Shown one piece after another: positions 25,015 through 39,327 of a DNA stretch of 64,000 nucleotides. The notes below the pieces were generated by a model. That model saw only the letters and a list, made by a program, of their open reading frames with translations, was not told where the DNA came from and ran no database searches. The DNA is taken from NCBI GenBank assembly GCA_012026655.1, contig JAAILG010000341.1, positions 1-64,000 on the forward strand. Reading direction: 5' to 3'. The position numbers were made by a program, and so were the translations under genes. The DNA comes from Hydrolagus affinis. Its lineage: Eukaryota. Each line of letters begins with the position of its first letter. Position 1 is the stretch's first letter.

Positions 25015-28000
25015 CTGTGGGAGAAAAATAGTTGGATGCTGTTATCAGTGGTTCCCTTGTGACACATTTATTGTGTTCTGACATATGTGTCACTGTGACA
25101 GTTGAGCGAAGATGCTACAAGTAAGAGGAAAGCTGGATTCTTTCAACTGAACAATTGTTCTCTTAGTATCAGACACACATGTGGCAGTGATGGAAGGCAC
25201 AACACGCTAAGCCCATCCAGCTAAGACTCAGACTGTTGTGCATCAGAACCTTCCAAACTTAAAGAACTAAAATATCTGATTAGAAAGAAAACAAATCTAC
25301 AATACCTTGAAGTTTGGAAGTGAAAAAAAATTACAAGAAACCAAGTAATCTTTTAAAACCATCACAACCTTTCTACCACATCATCATTGTCTTGAAATTC
25401 TTAGCCTAGTCTTAACCTCTGAAACTATGTTTTTCATACAATTTAAAATTGCAAAGAATAGGGAAAATTCTTATCTTGGGACTTAATTTAGAAGCTGGTT
25501 ATTTTTAAGAACCGAGGATAAAATTCAGTCCAATTTTTATAATTTTGCGCAATCCTTTGCGATCTTACATTTTAAGACAAAACAGTCTAACAGGCTAAGA
25601 CAGGGTGGATTTTCAGTGTTTCTGATATTGTCAGGGTTTATTACAAAATGGGCAGAAAGCAATGTTGGGAATGGCAAATGAGAAGCAGAGAGATGCTTGA
25701 ATATTATTAAGAAGGTGAAATTTGATTTGATTTAGTGCCTTTTACAGGTAAAAATCGGAATAAAGGTATGGAATCCAATCGGGGGTCCAGATAATGCACA
25801 GGAACAAGTGGGTGAAACACTCAGGGTTTATGGTACCTTTTGAACTCCCTAATTGGATCACTGACTTGTAATTAACTTACAAGTGTCCTGTATTCTATTA
25901 TGTTACTGTTTTCTCTTTTAATAAAATTGAAAGGTGCCTTGATGCACATTTGCTTCAGAGATGTTGCTTTATAGAGAACCTTATGCTTCGAATGGGGGTG
26001 TCTAACACAAGGCTGATTTAACTTGTTTCATATTCTTGTTTGTATCAAACTGCAAAACCTACAAGTTGAAGCAACGAACAGTAACTCATCAGATTTTAAA
26101 ACATTACCTCAAACATTATGGTAATTGGACTCAGTGTTATAAATATCATTTAATATCATACAATAATACTTAAAGGTTTATGTGGTAAAGTGATAAAATA
26201 TGTAAAATGAAAAGAAAACAGGAAAGTGGGAATACTTAATCCTTGACCTTTGAGCCAATTGTTGCCCTAGGTCTCGGTGATTTTATTGCAGATAATGTTT
26301 ATGATCTTCTGTGTGGCTATCTCACTGCATGTATGAATTTATACAACATCAAGTTGAATTATGGATAATGATAATCCTTGCATTTGATTTAGTGTCTTTT
26401 ACCTCGGGAGGATGTCTCAAAGTGCTTCACAGAATTTAATGGAAAGTGGTTATTTTGTAGGTGAGCACAGTAGCCAATTCACACACAGCAAGGTTCCATA
26501 AATGGCCATGAAGTGACTTAATGATTGGGGGGTTGTTGGCTAACATAATGAGGAGAACACTGGGGAAAGACTGCCTTCTCTGGATGCATTTCTTTGAGCT
26601 GCAAGAATATGCATGTCCCAAATTGGAAATCTTAGTAGATTCATAAGATTACAAAACAGGTTTGGGTGAAGATGGTCCTTTGACCCATCGAGTCTCATAC
26701 TTCCAGACCATTCACTATAACATCACCCCAGCACAGCATCAAGCTCCTTTTTAAATGAGTTTAGGGTGCTGACTTTAACCACCTTTCCTGCCAACCAGTT
26801 CCAGTTGTTGATTACCCTCTCTAAAAAAAATTCCTCCAATATTCCCCCAGAGAGGAATATTTTTATTTCTTCAAAAGATGACTGACAATTTCATATCATT
26901 CAAACTATTCCATTTTAATTTGCTAAATATTAGAACAAACGTTCTATTTATCTGATTTCATTCTATGCGGAGTTTCACATCTATGCATGTTTCACAAAGT
27001 GCATTTTTGGGGTGCTTATCGCCTTTGGTAATGACATGCTCTAAACAAATGTCACCAAAATGACTGTGTGTAAGTAAACGGGAATAATGATTAATTACTC
27101 TACATTGATATCAATGAAGCGATTAATATCTATAGAATGATCCCCATTCATTACTGAATCTCAATATCACTGAAAATATAGGCCTGGATGTTTGGTGCCA
27201 CATTCATTGTTTTTCTGGTGTAAAAATTCATTTGGGATGAAATTCCGATGATGGCCATTGTAAGTATTAATACTTCCCTGATTATTATTAGGTTTATGGG
27301 CTCCTTGGGTGTATTTGTGACGGCAAAAAAAAAGCAATGTGAATGGATATAGAACTGCTCACAAGTCATTTATTTTCTTCCTGAATGCAGTCCAAGCAGG
27401 GATGTTCTGATCTTTTAAGAGCATAGGCAGAAGTTAATGGAATACATGAGACAAAGGGGGCCGGATGCTGAAGAGAACGAATATCCACACAGAAAGTGGT
27501 TTGCTACTCATCTAGTGATAAGCCTGGTTTATCTTGGTCGTTTGTAAAGCAAGTTACCTGTTATGTACTGGCATTCATCAAGATCATTTAACCACACAGA
27601 TCATTCACAGAAAAGGTACTTTATCTTGATAAGGGATCAGTATGAATTATGGTTTACTGCTTGGTAGAAAATTGTACTTTCTAGATACCTTTTTTTGTTA
27701 TAAATCACCCAGTCATATTGCTTGGCTCTCCCACACAAACCTGCTGAGACCAGTTTTTCTGTCACAATCCTGCACCATTCTCTAGCTTCCTTGGAAAACT
27801 TTCAACTACTGCAGCTAATGATAAGTAGACCATTATTTTAAAGATCTTACATCAGCAGCTCACCGCTGAATATAATGAAGCGCTTGTGTTGGAGGCGAGA
27901 GCACTTTGGGCTTCCTATTCAGTATCAGAAGGAAGCTTAGTTCACATCTATTGCCTTTCCTTCTTTTTTTCAGGGAGCCTTTAACCCGACGACACAGAAA

Positions 28001-28399
28001 CTTTTGCTTGATTTAACGTTAACATGCAAATTTGGACTGAAATTTTCAAAAATATGAATTTTGAAGAAGAGAAGGAAAATGCAAGAGAAGAGTTCAATTT
28101 GTGATGTAATGTGTCACATATAATTCCGCATCTTACCCCCAAGTTGCTTCAAACTTATTGACAAACTTATTTCCTAGGAAGGAGCAATTCTTAATTAAAT
28201 CTCAAACAAAATTTCCCTGCATTGGAACCTGGAGTGTGATCAAATTGCTTTAGAATTGATGATGTCAGTTAATTTTTATTTAAAAAAAACACAGAAAACA
28301 GATCTCTCCTTGACTGAAATCTGCTTTGACAATGTGTGATTAAAATGGCGAAATGGCGAAATAGTGATGGACCTGGAACTCTATTTCACAGTCGTCAAC

Positions 28400-28572
28400 T
28401 TAGCCTTCAAGACCTCCATGGCCTTGCTCCTCCCTACCCCTGTGACCTGCTAACTCCATACAGATCTGCCCACTCTCTCCCCTCAGAAGTTTCGAGTCTG
28501 TTCCAAATCCCTGACTGTCCTGTGCCTGCTAATTTGAAACACGCTATACAAATATAATTTGGTGTTGTTGTT
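28400..28572 (+). mobile_element. Internally deleted L2 fragment
   Basis: LHGLAPPYPCDLLTPY peptide followed by a GCTATACAAATATAATTTGGTGTTGTTG tail. Confidence 0.75.
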
Positions 28573-31500
28573 ACAGTTCATATATTATTGTCTGGTGGCA
28601 GTGTTTGTATGCATCTAAGTTCTGGTCAGTGAAATCTTCTATGGCTTCTATTTTGGGAAGTTTGGTCTTATGGACCCTTGCAAAACAAACATTGAATAAC
28701 CTCTCTCCCCAAGGAGTACAGTGAACATGAAACACACATTGTTTTATGTTATTGTGACAACCAGGACCTTTGAGGTTTATGACATATTTCGGCACTGGAA
28801 GAACGTAACATGTCTGAGAATATGCTAAGATTACAGTTGGATATCACAGTCAGATAGCTGTTATGTGTTTACTGTGTATGGTTACTGCACAAAATATTAA
28901 TAGAAATTGTGTTTAAATTTTTTTTGAAGGAAGAGAGTTCATTATTTCATTTTCACAAAAGCTCTAATTCTGCTACATCAGGTGGTGGAGTGAATTGAAC
29001 TGGATGCCATTGTTCATGGGATGAATACAAAGCTCTCCAGTGATTACAGTTGTGACTTGATACTTATTGGTCCAAGCAGGACAATGTAAAGCCCAAGTGT
29101 CATCTGTTAGGGTAGACACTTTTGAGCCTTTAGCCTTTCTGATTCAGATGCATCAGAGCACACGTATACTTGTATTTGTCAGTCAGTCAACAGTCTCACT
29201 TTGTGCTCAAGTGGGGAAGGAGATTGGGATTTATTAGCAATTACTAAAGTACATTTTGGCATCTTGATGGCTAAAGTACATGAAATAAATGCACAATAAA
29301 GAAAAGTCACTCTACGTCTAAAAACAAACAATAAATTAATCATTAGGAAAAAATTGTAACAATAAAATTAACAAATTAAATCTGATTTAAAAGTCAAATC
29401 ATAATAGCTGTGGGAGAATAGTAACAATGCATCATAGAAGAATGAATTGGAATAAATAGATTGGAATAAAGAAAGGCATATCTTGAGGGACCGGCTTTTG
29501 GATAGAACAAAGATTGATGAAGACAACTTGGCAGTGAGGAGCCAGAATGAGAGATACCATTAATTCAAGAGAGGGTTAAAAAAAAGACCTGTGAACCGAA
29601 ATATTGTAGATCAAATCAGTGATCTTGGTAGAGGTCATCTGAAAACATTTCAAGCGTTTTTTTTGAGAAGGATCTCAACAGAAGAGGTCTGTCTTTCAGT
29701 TATAACAGAAGGAATGGGAGGGCAGTGTTATAATTGGGGTCTACTGATAGCAAAGTATGCAAAGACATGAGTGAAGATTCTATGGTATAAATAAGCATCA
29801 AAGATGTACAGATCGTGCAGTTGACCTGACTCTCCCGGAGTTGGATTCCCACAAGGGTAATTTGATTAATTTACAGAACTGAGATTCTATTGGTATTATG
29901 ATTAGATGCTGGCAGTGCGTAGAAAACGAGGAAGAGATGGAATCTGATTCTATTAGTCACTGTGCTTACAATATGAATCCACTTGAAAAAGTTGCAAACG
30001 CACTGCACAAGGACACACACAGGCTGCACTTTCAGATATGCGTTTGAGAATGCAAAACGCAGAGTGTGACATGATGATTATCACCAGTGATAATTATCGC
30101 ATCAAATGCAGTATCCCTCTTCCCCCTCTCATTTTGTTCCAAAAATATTTCCTTATACATGTGTGAAAGAGAATACAGTAATTGTTATCGTGCAATGACA
30201 ATTCTAAAAATAGGGTTTCGATTTATGTTCAAGTGGGATTCATAATCTAGATTTTAAAGCGTCTCCTTTGATCCACTTGCTCCTTTCAAGAGTTGATTGC
30301 TAACAACTGGAAATAATACTAACTTGGTTACTACCACCATTAAACATTCCTGCTGCCAAAGTATTTTTCCCAGTCGTAAGGGAAAGGCTCATTCTCAATT
30401 ATTCAATCTCAAAACCAGAACAGGAGAACTGAGACATTGTGTGCTTTAATCATTTTACAATAATGGAAAAGGAACAGAGCATCCCATTCCAATAGTGGCA
30501 TATATTCAACTTAATTTAGTTTGGATTTGTATTGTTGAATGTGTCATTAAGCATTAATTCTTCAGATAGCTTGTACTACATTGAGTGTTCAGCCTTCAGT
30601 CCTGCTAGTTAAGCAGAAACCAATTACTCCAATTCCAGAATCGCAAAGCAATTTTGCATTTCAATAAGGAAGAGCTCCATCAGTAAGTCAAACAATCTGA
30701 ATGAGGTTCTTGGATGATGGGTAAAAACTATGACTTTTCATTACAAGGAATACATTATTAATCATGGCAAATCTAGCCCTTTGGATGCTATAGGATTACT
30801 GAAGAGGCTGTATGAACAATAAAGTGGGGTTTAACATCGGAAGAAAGGAAAAAGTGATAGGGAGAGGGCATCCAGCCCATCAAGCCTGTTTCACAATCCA
30901 CCAGTATATTAGATCTGGGAAGATCTTTGAATCCCAGTGCTCTAGGTAACTGTCCATCTGTTTTCGAAACATCCTGATTGATTCTGCATCTAAACTTTCT
31001 GGGTCTGAATATTCCAACTATTTCTAAACCTTTGTGTGAAATTGAGGCCAAATGCAACTCCCCCACCACCCCTATATAATCAACATCACTACCAGAGGAT
31101 AAAGTCACCCACTGTCTAATCAGTCACTTGTTTTCATTATTTGAAATACCTTGACCGAATCACTCCTTAACCTCCTCAGCTCCATATAACCCAGGTAGAA
31201 AATAACAATGATAACAAATAGGAAATGTACCCAGACGTTTCAAAAACCATCCACATGCCTCCCCTTCCCCAATGAGCAGCTTTATACCAAACAAAAAGAG
31301 TAGTATTTAAAACTATCTAGGGATGGGGCAGTGTGCCTCTGGCACAAGCCAGGACACCCTTTTTTCCTTGGGTAATTCCTATTTGATACATGACAAATTT
31401 TCTAAAACCCACATGTTAGATAGCAATGGCATCAACACTGTGTTAAGGTTTTGCTGGGTGACTAATGTGAGTGGCCAAGGTCACAGCAGTATGCTACCAT

Positions 31501-34500
31501 TTGCTCATTATTATTTTCCCAAAGTAGCAGCTTGTTAACGTTTAAAATGTGCTGGTGAAAACTAAGAAAGGCTTATTAATAGATTGTATTTACATGTTGC
31601 AAAATAACCGAGCTGAAATTCACAAGTGAGGTGGTCTCTGCAATTCTAATTATTAAGAACATGTTATAATATGGAAATCAACAGCTGTTTGGTTATATAA
31701 GATAACACAAACATTATAAGGCAAACATTAAACAGATTCCATGCAATAATTATCACATCAATTTGGTAGGTAAGATCGATTGTGAGTTTCGGTTGAGAAT
31801 TGGTTAAATTTCTTAGCTGCCATTGCTGTTCCTGATCACAGATTATTGTGTTTCATGGCCACTTCACAGATCGCTGGCGTAACCAGTCATGCTTGTTTTC
31901 TGCTAAGCATCAGTGAAACCTTCTCCACGATTGAAAACAACAAGCAGTTGATGGGCCGATAGGAAGTACAGTATCCTCCTTCTACATCAGAAGGGCATCT
32001 CCAAGCTCTTCAAAAACGATTCACTGTGAAGTGCAGTGACTGTTATTTGTAGGTGAGTGCAGAAGCCAGTTTACATTCACTAATGTCCCACAAACAGATG
32101 TGGAGTCAATGACGGATTTTATTTGGGGGAATTGTTGGCCAGGACACCAGGAATGTGAACATAGTTCATACAAGTTTATTTGAAAACATAACTTTTGCGT
32201 TAATTTTAATAATAATAATAACAACAATGCTTGCATTTGATGTAGCGCCTCATCACGTCTTTGAGACGTCTCAAAGCACTTCACAGAATATGCTGCACAG
32301 TGAATTGACTTTAGATTTTGTGGGCAAAATGTAGCAATTTGCGCACTGCAGGGTCCCATGAACAGTCATGGATTGAATGACAGAATTATCATTATTTTTA
32401 ATTTTTGTAGAATACTGCATTTTTTCCATGCTTAAGTATTCGAAAAACAGGAAAAGACATCTATTTCTCTGACTGAGCCCACTGTTTGCAGGGTGAGGAG
32501 CATGTCACAATCCTGTCATTCATCAGTCTTCTTTTAGGGAAGCGATGCATGACCTTTGATCTGACCTAAGGCTGTTAACTACAGCATTTCACATTTAATA
32601 ATCCGCTTAACTATATTTCCTACTGCCAGGAATCAGTGACATCCTCCATCACAAAAGCAGTAAAACACTGCTTGACGCGATTAGTTAATCATTCGCTATG
32701 TTCGCTGTAGGTAAATAAATCAAAGATTGTTTTTTAACTGAACTATTCCCTAATTGATAGTTCTCCGCTTGTAGCTGAGGTATGCAATAGTGTAAAGATA
32801 TACGCAGCATTATTTATTCAGCCCGGCACAGCTGATAGATGAAATACCCCCAGGGTTGCTTTTTCTGCAATGAAAGAAAATGGCTAGAGAGGGAACAGGG
32901 AGTGGTAGCAAGAGTAAATCAGGACCAACTAGTCAGGGAATGGGGTCAGAACCAAACCAACAGTAAGGGGATGGCGGGGGGCAGGGTCTCCTCTCTTTTT
33001 GACAGACACTGTCAATCTCTTTGGTCCCCCCTGTCATGTATGCTGAGCCTCAATTCCATATGCACTTTAGGAGTTTCTCTTGAACACATACACCACATCC
33101 TTTGCTAGTAATTACACCTCATGTATTCTTGCCTTTACACTTATATTGCTGTGATCGATTGGCTGTTGTGTTTTTCCCACAAATTGTACAGTCAATTCAC
33201 TTTACGGTGTATTCTGTGAAGCTCTTTTGGACTTCTCAAAGTTGTGATAAGACACTATATCAAATGCTAGGATTATTTTTATTATATTGTCCACTATGTC
33301 CATCTGTAGCTATATGCCTATTATTGCCTCCAGTCACACTATCATTCTCACCCCGTATTCCTACCACTACCCTCCCCAACCAGTTCACCCAATGGCCCAC
33401 AGCTCTCTTTTCTTACATTTGACCTTCCCTCCTGGGAGTGTGATGGCCTGCCCATATCTAAGCCTACCCCTTGCCTTAGCAATTATTTATCATTAGCCTC
33501 CTTCGGGTTAGGGTTGGGAATTAGAGAGTTGGTGTCTGGCCGGTCTGGTCTAGAGATTCAGGCAGCACGACAATAACATTAGCATCTTGTCCAAGCACCA
33601 TCCACTTCACTCAATGTGGGAGCAAGATTTGTTTTGCTTGTTTTGGGACGTCCCCCCGACGTGAAAGGCGCTTTATAAATGTAATTTTGTTTTAGCTGTT
33701 TATTCAAAAATACCTCCCCACCCCATACTGCCCGTAAAAGATTAATCTGACAGTGTGTGGAGGGCAGGGGAATGGGAGCAATGAGGTTCTGCAATCATGA
33801 GTTGAACTTGGGTTTGTTAAATGAGAAAGAAACCAATACCTTAATCGAAATTTTTAAATCCACATGATTCAATCAATACCAGAACTCTGGTTCCTGCTAA
33901 CCTGGGAGACGAAGCAAATCTCTGCGAGTCTCAGTGACTTTGGATTTGTGCCCACCATTTGCACTTGCTTGAGATTCTGTGATCGAAAGGCCCCTTGCAA
34001 GTGCTCTAATTACAGAGCAGGAAAGGTTTGAGATCAGTTTAGACAATGGGCACTGAAAAGAACTATTGAGCACCAGCCAGGACTCATTTGCGCCAGAAAA
34101 CGGATAAGTAACCCTGCTGGAAAGTGCATTGAGAGGCTAATTGTGCCACTGTACATGTGAATCTGTGTGGCACGCACTGTTGGGTGTCACACAAGTAATG
34201 GTATCTAACCATGAAACTGTTGGGCGTTGACTTCTATGCAATGGAGGTGTTGCTAATTTTCTGCCCTGCATGGGATCGAGCAATTCTGTTTGAATCTGGC
34301 CCCAAATCCTTTCTGAACACAATGTAACAAAACCTGGTTGTCTCGAGGCCAACAGCTCGACTCCAAGAAGCTTGAGCTCCAACAGCATACCCTGGGCTGG
34401 AGTTACACCTAGGTCCTAGACAACTGCGCCACCTAGCTACTCAGTTTTGGGTATTGAGAGTTTGCATCAGATTTCCCTGATAATAATAGGCGGTATGTAT

Positions 34501-36349
34501 GGTAGGAGAAAAATTAGCCATAATAAATTATTCAAACAGAATATTAAGGTATTTTTGTTGTAGTACATTATTAATTGAATAATTTAATACTCTGTCTATA
34601 GACGAGACAGTTGTCATGTTTTGTAAAATTACTGCAGTCAATTTGTGTCTTTGCCAGCAGTCACTAAAGCTCTCCGGCACTGGTTTCACACAGAATTTAT
34701 TCAGAATCATTACCAGAAGCACTTTTGAGGCCAGCAGCAGCATATCAAACTGTAGGTGCCAGTGTTACAGCAGAATGACCGATAAAAGACAATTTTTTTC
34801 ATATTTGGTATGACCAAACATGTGATGCATAAAGTCTAAATGGCTTACTGAATGTTGTAGCACGGTTCCATCCCATTGGTTGCAGTAGGGGTGCATGCAG
34901 ATGGATGACAGTGACAAGGGGGAGAAGTGCTTTTGCTTAGCCGTGCGTTAAGATGCCATCCAGAGCCTCTGAGCTGCAGACACTTCATTAGAATGGCAAG
35001 ATAATGGCAAACTACCACTCAGAGTGACACCCCATTTCCTGCTTACTGATCTCTCCCACCTCAGCAGATGTCAACAATTGCACTCAGCCCCATTGCAGCC
35101 CTGACTCTCGAACGCTGCCTTGCCTCCGCCATCCGTCCCTTTGACTCCAGAGATCTGCGACCAAATTTCAGGCCGAGAGAGAGGAAATTGTTCTGCATTT
35201 CCTGGCAAATTGAGTTAAGCAGACATTAAGCACGAGCTTTAAGAAAACAAATAGCTTTCTTCATCACAGGTGGACACTGGTCCTGCTTTAATGGTTCTGT
35301 GCTGATTGTATCACTGCTAATGGTTTGCCGGGAAACATTAAAGGTTTTTTTTATTCCGTATAAAAAAAACTGGCAGAGCTCGCCTTACTAACACAGACCT
35401 GTCAAGCGCACTCTGTCCCTTTTGTGCAGGGAAGCAGATGTTTCTAAGTATACTATAGACTGGCATTACACCGAGTGGCAGATGCCTGTGAGGGTGCCAG
35501 GTTTTTAAATTTCATGAGATGTGCATGTGGTGTTCTGGGCAGGGGCTGCTCTGTTCAAACTTTGCTAATATCTCAGAGGGATGGAGGCATGTTGATATTT
35601 CCCACCTCACTGCTCCAGTTTCTGTTCGAAGTTCTCCAATATACTGTACCTCAGAACACACCTGAAGCTTTGAGCACTTAGCTTATTTGTGCCCCCACAC
35701 TCCACTTTTTTGCCTCCCCAACTACTACCACCTCGTCAATAGCTTCCAATCCTGGAAAATATGCCAATGTATATCTCTATTTTCTTTTGTGTTTTGATAA
35801 GTTTTTTGTTTATGTGAAGTGGCGTCAGACTCCAGTACAGTCAATTTGTTGACGTTTGTGATACAGGCGAAAGTACAACCCTCCCCTTTGCTACTTCAAA
35901 GAAACGTGGAGCTGTCCTCCCTATTATCTGGCTTTATACTTTCCCTTCCATCTAAATTAATCCCTACTTTAATCTGACGCTGATATTTGTGGCACAGATT
36001 AGCAGCCTCCATAACACTATCCATTTTCATTTCTACCCAAATTTATTTGGTAATGTGCTCTGAGATATTTATTTTACACAAAAGGCTGTTGTATGAATGC
36101 TAATTATTATTATTACAGTAGAAGTTTAAGACTATTTGATTTACTGCATTTCAGAGTTTAATGACAATTTTCCTTCATGATCCAGTCGATTAAACGATCA
36201 AACTCGTCAACAAACTAGAGGTGGCAGCAAATTGGCCTCCACAAATACACCATGGATGAAGTGATTGAAAGCAGGTTCGGTAATTTAGACCATGAGAATA
36301 GAACTAGATGTCATTGGTTTCAAATGAAATAATCACAATAATCCTTACA

Positions 36350-36547
36350 AAAACGCAAAATACTGCAGAAACTGGGAATCTGAAACAAAAACAGAAATCG
36401 CTGGGAACACTCAGCAGGTCAGGAGGCATCTATAGAGAAAGGAAAAGTGAGTCAATGTTTCGGGTCCACAACCCTTTGTCAGAACCCAGTTCAGTTCTGA
36501 CAAAGGGTCGTGAACCCGAAACGTTGACTCACTTTTCTTTTTTCCAT
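36350..36547. mobile_element. Penelope-like element terminal fragment with fold-back, flanked by a 13-bp TSD
   Basis: AATAATCCTTACA at 36337-36349 and 36548-36560; about 55-nt inverted arms with an 8-nt loop; hammerhead-like core in the arms. Confidence 0.75.
36493..36529 (+). ncRNA. Minimal type I hammerhead ribozyme motif (G8-to-A variant, probably inactive)
   Basis: AGTT-CTGACAA-A-GGGTCGTGAACCC-GAAA-CGTT-GACT: stem I AGTT/GACT, stem II GGGT/ACCC, GAAA box, palindromic AACGTT. Confidence 0.55.
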
Positions 36548-36912
36548 AATAATCCTTACATTTAATATAGTGCCTATCATGTCTTTGAGACGTCTCAAAG
36601 CGCCTCATGGAATATACTATAAAGTGAATTGTCTGTATATTTTGTGGGTGAAATGCGGCAGCCAATTGCAAACAGCAGTGTTCCACAACTGTCGTGGATT
36701 GAGTCACCAAATTTTTAAAATTTATTTTGAAGGAATTATTACCCCAGAAAAGCGATCCGCCAATTGGCTAACAACTGGGATGCTACTTACTGCCAGGTTA
36801 ACAGAGGTTTGTGGAATAAGGAAACTTGACCAACGTTTTGCCCTACCGGGAATCAAACCCAGGTCATCTCACTTGTGAGGCGAGTTCTCTAACCATTAAG
36901 CTACAGGACTCC
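36548..36912 (-). mobile_element. Full-length tRNA-derived SINE, long subfamily
   Basis: Reverse complement of head (GGAGTCCTGTAGC), extra middle segment, core and tail. Confidence 0.9.
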
Positions 36913-38181
36913 CAAAGACTCAAGCGGAACTAGAGACAAATTATTCTCTCTCACAGAATAGTTGGTATGCGGAACTGACTCCCGAAAAGAAGCTGATGAT
37001 CTGTCGATTAACTCCTTCAAAAAAAAAGAGAAATGGATAAGCCATTTAATGTAGTTGTACTGCCAACATCGCTGTCTGGGCACTGTGTCTACAGAGAACC
37101 ACCTGCCCTTATCCTTTAATCTCTAATAGGCTCATATTACTTTCACTGCAAGTGAGATAACACAACCTGTTAGTGTGTGTTAAACATACTATAATAGATA
37201 CCTGTGAGAATATTGCAAGAGGTTCAGGTGATGGAGAGGGACATTTATCCACTCAGTAAACCCTGGAGATTATATAGCAACTTTCAGACTCACTCAAAAC
37301 CAATTATTTTACAAATGTCCCTTGTGATGTCTCTCCATTGTGTCAGATTACTGTGCCAAGTTTTACTTTGCTCTTTAAGATTTTAGCTTTGTTATGGATT
37401 TTTTTTTACCTCACTGGGTCAATATCTGTGGGGTGGAGGAAGCAGAGGGCAAATAACACAAGCTCTGTGATTAAAATAATTATTGTATATAGAGTCAGGT
37501 ACCAGGAAGGAATACTTTTTTTTTACAAGAATTCTGTTACCAGGATATATAATATGCCTGGCTGGAGAATCCACCTGAATTGAGATTTACTCAATGTTTA
37601 TTAACATAACAACAGCTACAACAAATTACACTTGTATAACATCCTTCATGTCAGAAAAATATTCCAGGGCGCTGGACAATCAGGAGTTTGGAGACACAAC
37701 AATTCAGATTTTGTCAAATTCTTGATTATTCGTCTTTAATTTTGAAGCCAGTTTTCCGTAAGTTTCTTTTAAAATCAACAGAAAACATGCTTCCGTTAAA
37801 ACAGAATTCGGTGACTTGCCAAATTCTGAAATGTTATGTTAATGCAATAAATCTAGATTTTCTATTCATCTGTGTATGATTTTAGCTCAATGTAGTTTTC
37901 CTTCAGTTTCTAAATCAAGTGAAGCTTACGATGGAAGGATTCTTAACCAGCAACTGTGCCATACATTCCTGGGAAGGATATTGAGGCTGGATCAATAGAA
38001 TGATTCAGAAGGGAACCAAATAAGCAATGGATCAGTAAAAACATTAAGAGATAATTGGAAAGAATTGGAAAGCAGGATCGAGAAACCGGGGAATCTCATA
38101 CTTGATAGAAGAAAGCTTTAGCTACAAGGAGGACTAGAGTTAGAAACACTGGCAAGCAGGACCAAATAGACAAAAAAAAAG

Positions 38182-38280
38182 TCATAGAATCATACAATAT
38201 TATAGCAGAGAAGGAAGCCATTCAACCCATCGTGCCTGTGCCGGTTCTTTGGAAGAACTACCTTATCAGTCCCATGGGCC
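38182..38280 (-). mobile_element. CR1 3' tail
   Basis: CATAGAATCATAC..GAAGGAAGCCATTCAACCCATCGTGCCTGTGCCGG is the reverse complement of the CR1 tail. Confidence 0.75.
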
Positions 38281-39327
38281 CATTGAGAGTAGGATATCTA
38301 AATCGTTCTTTTTCATTCCACATCGTTTGCTGCTGTAAGTGAGTCCACTTTTGCTTCTAGTAATTCTGTTTTAACTAGAGACAAGCCAGAGCTGCACCCA
38401 TGAAAAATGGGGTCGGAGCAACACGCAGAAGAACAAGAAAGTAAAGTATCCAACTCAGGAGGTTATTTCGTAAGCAAAATACAGTAAAAATCACCTTACA
38501 GTAAATCCTGTGAAGCACCTTGAGACATCTCAACAAGGTTCTAAATCAAATGCAAGGATTGTTACTATTATTCTGCTAGCAAGCTAAGGGTTAATGGATC
38601 AGCAGTGCTGCAAAGCTAAACTGATGGGAGCACACAGGCTTGAATCAAGACATGACACTGTGTCACGAGAACCTTGTTTACAGCTATTTTAATAATTGCT
38701 TATGTACGCAATACAACCGACCACAATTTAGGTTGTGTTCTATGTTTTTTTAGCCATTAAATATGAAACTATGTAGCAAGATGCAAGGAAATGGGCTTGT
38801 TTCCTTGACAGGGAATAGGTTTCTAAAGGGAAAACTTACATTAATGGACGGAAAGAAAAGAGCTGTTGAAAACAAATAAATCGAGGGAGTAATATATCCT
38901 GCAATCACATGGTACTCACTGAAGCAATTGCACCCAGCAGTGACTACAGAATGGTGGTGGATTTGATATCTAATTTGCATATGACTTCAGAGCTGTTCTC
39001 TGCTGTGTTTGTGCCAAGATTAAAATAACTGTTTGTTATTATAACACTGCACCTGATTCTGATCTTGCAGAGTCGTTGAGTAAAATCAACCCCATTGTGC
39101 TTTGGCCCTAAGCAGCTTGGAGGGCAACACAAGACCTTTAGATTTGATTGTGCCGGTTTTACAGAAATAAAACAACAAAGTTGCTCATTCTTGAATAATA
39201 AACTCCAGCATTACAGTCATGTTTTTGTTTGAATGTGAACAAAAAAACAATTTGTATTAGAAACTCTTCAGCGCTCACTTAGGTTTCCTTTCTATTCAGA
39301 GTTGTGCTCAGGATCCACTATTCGGGT

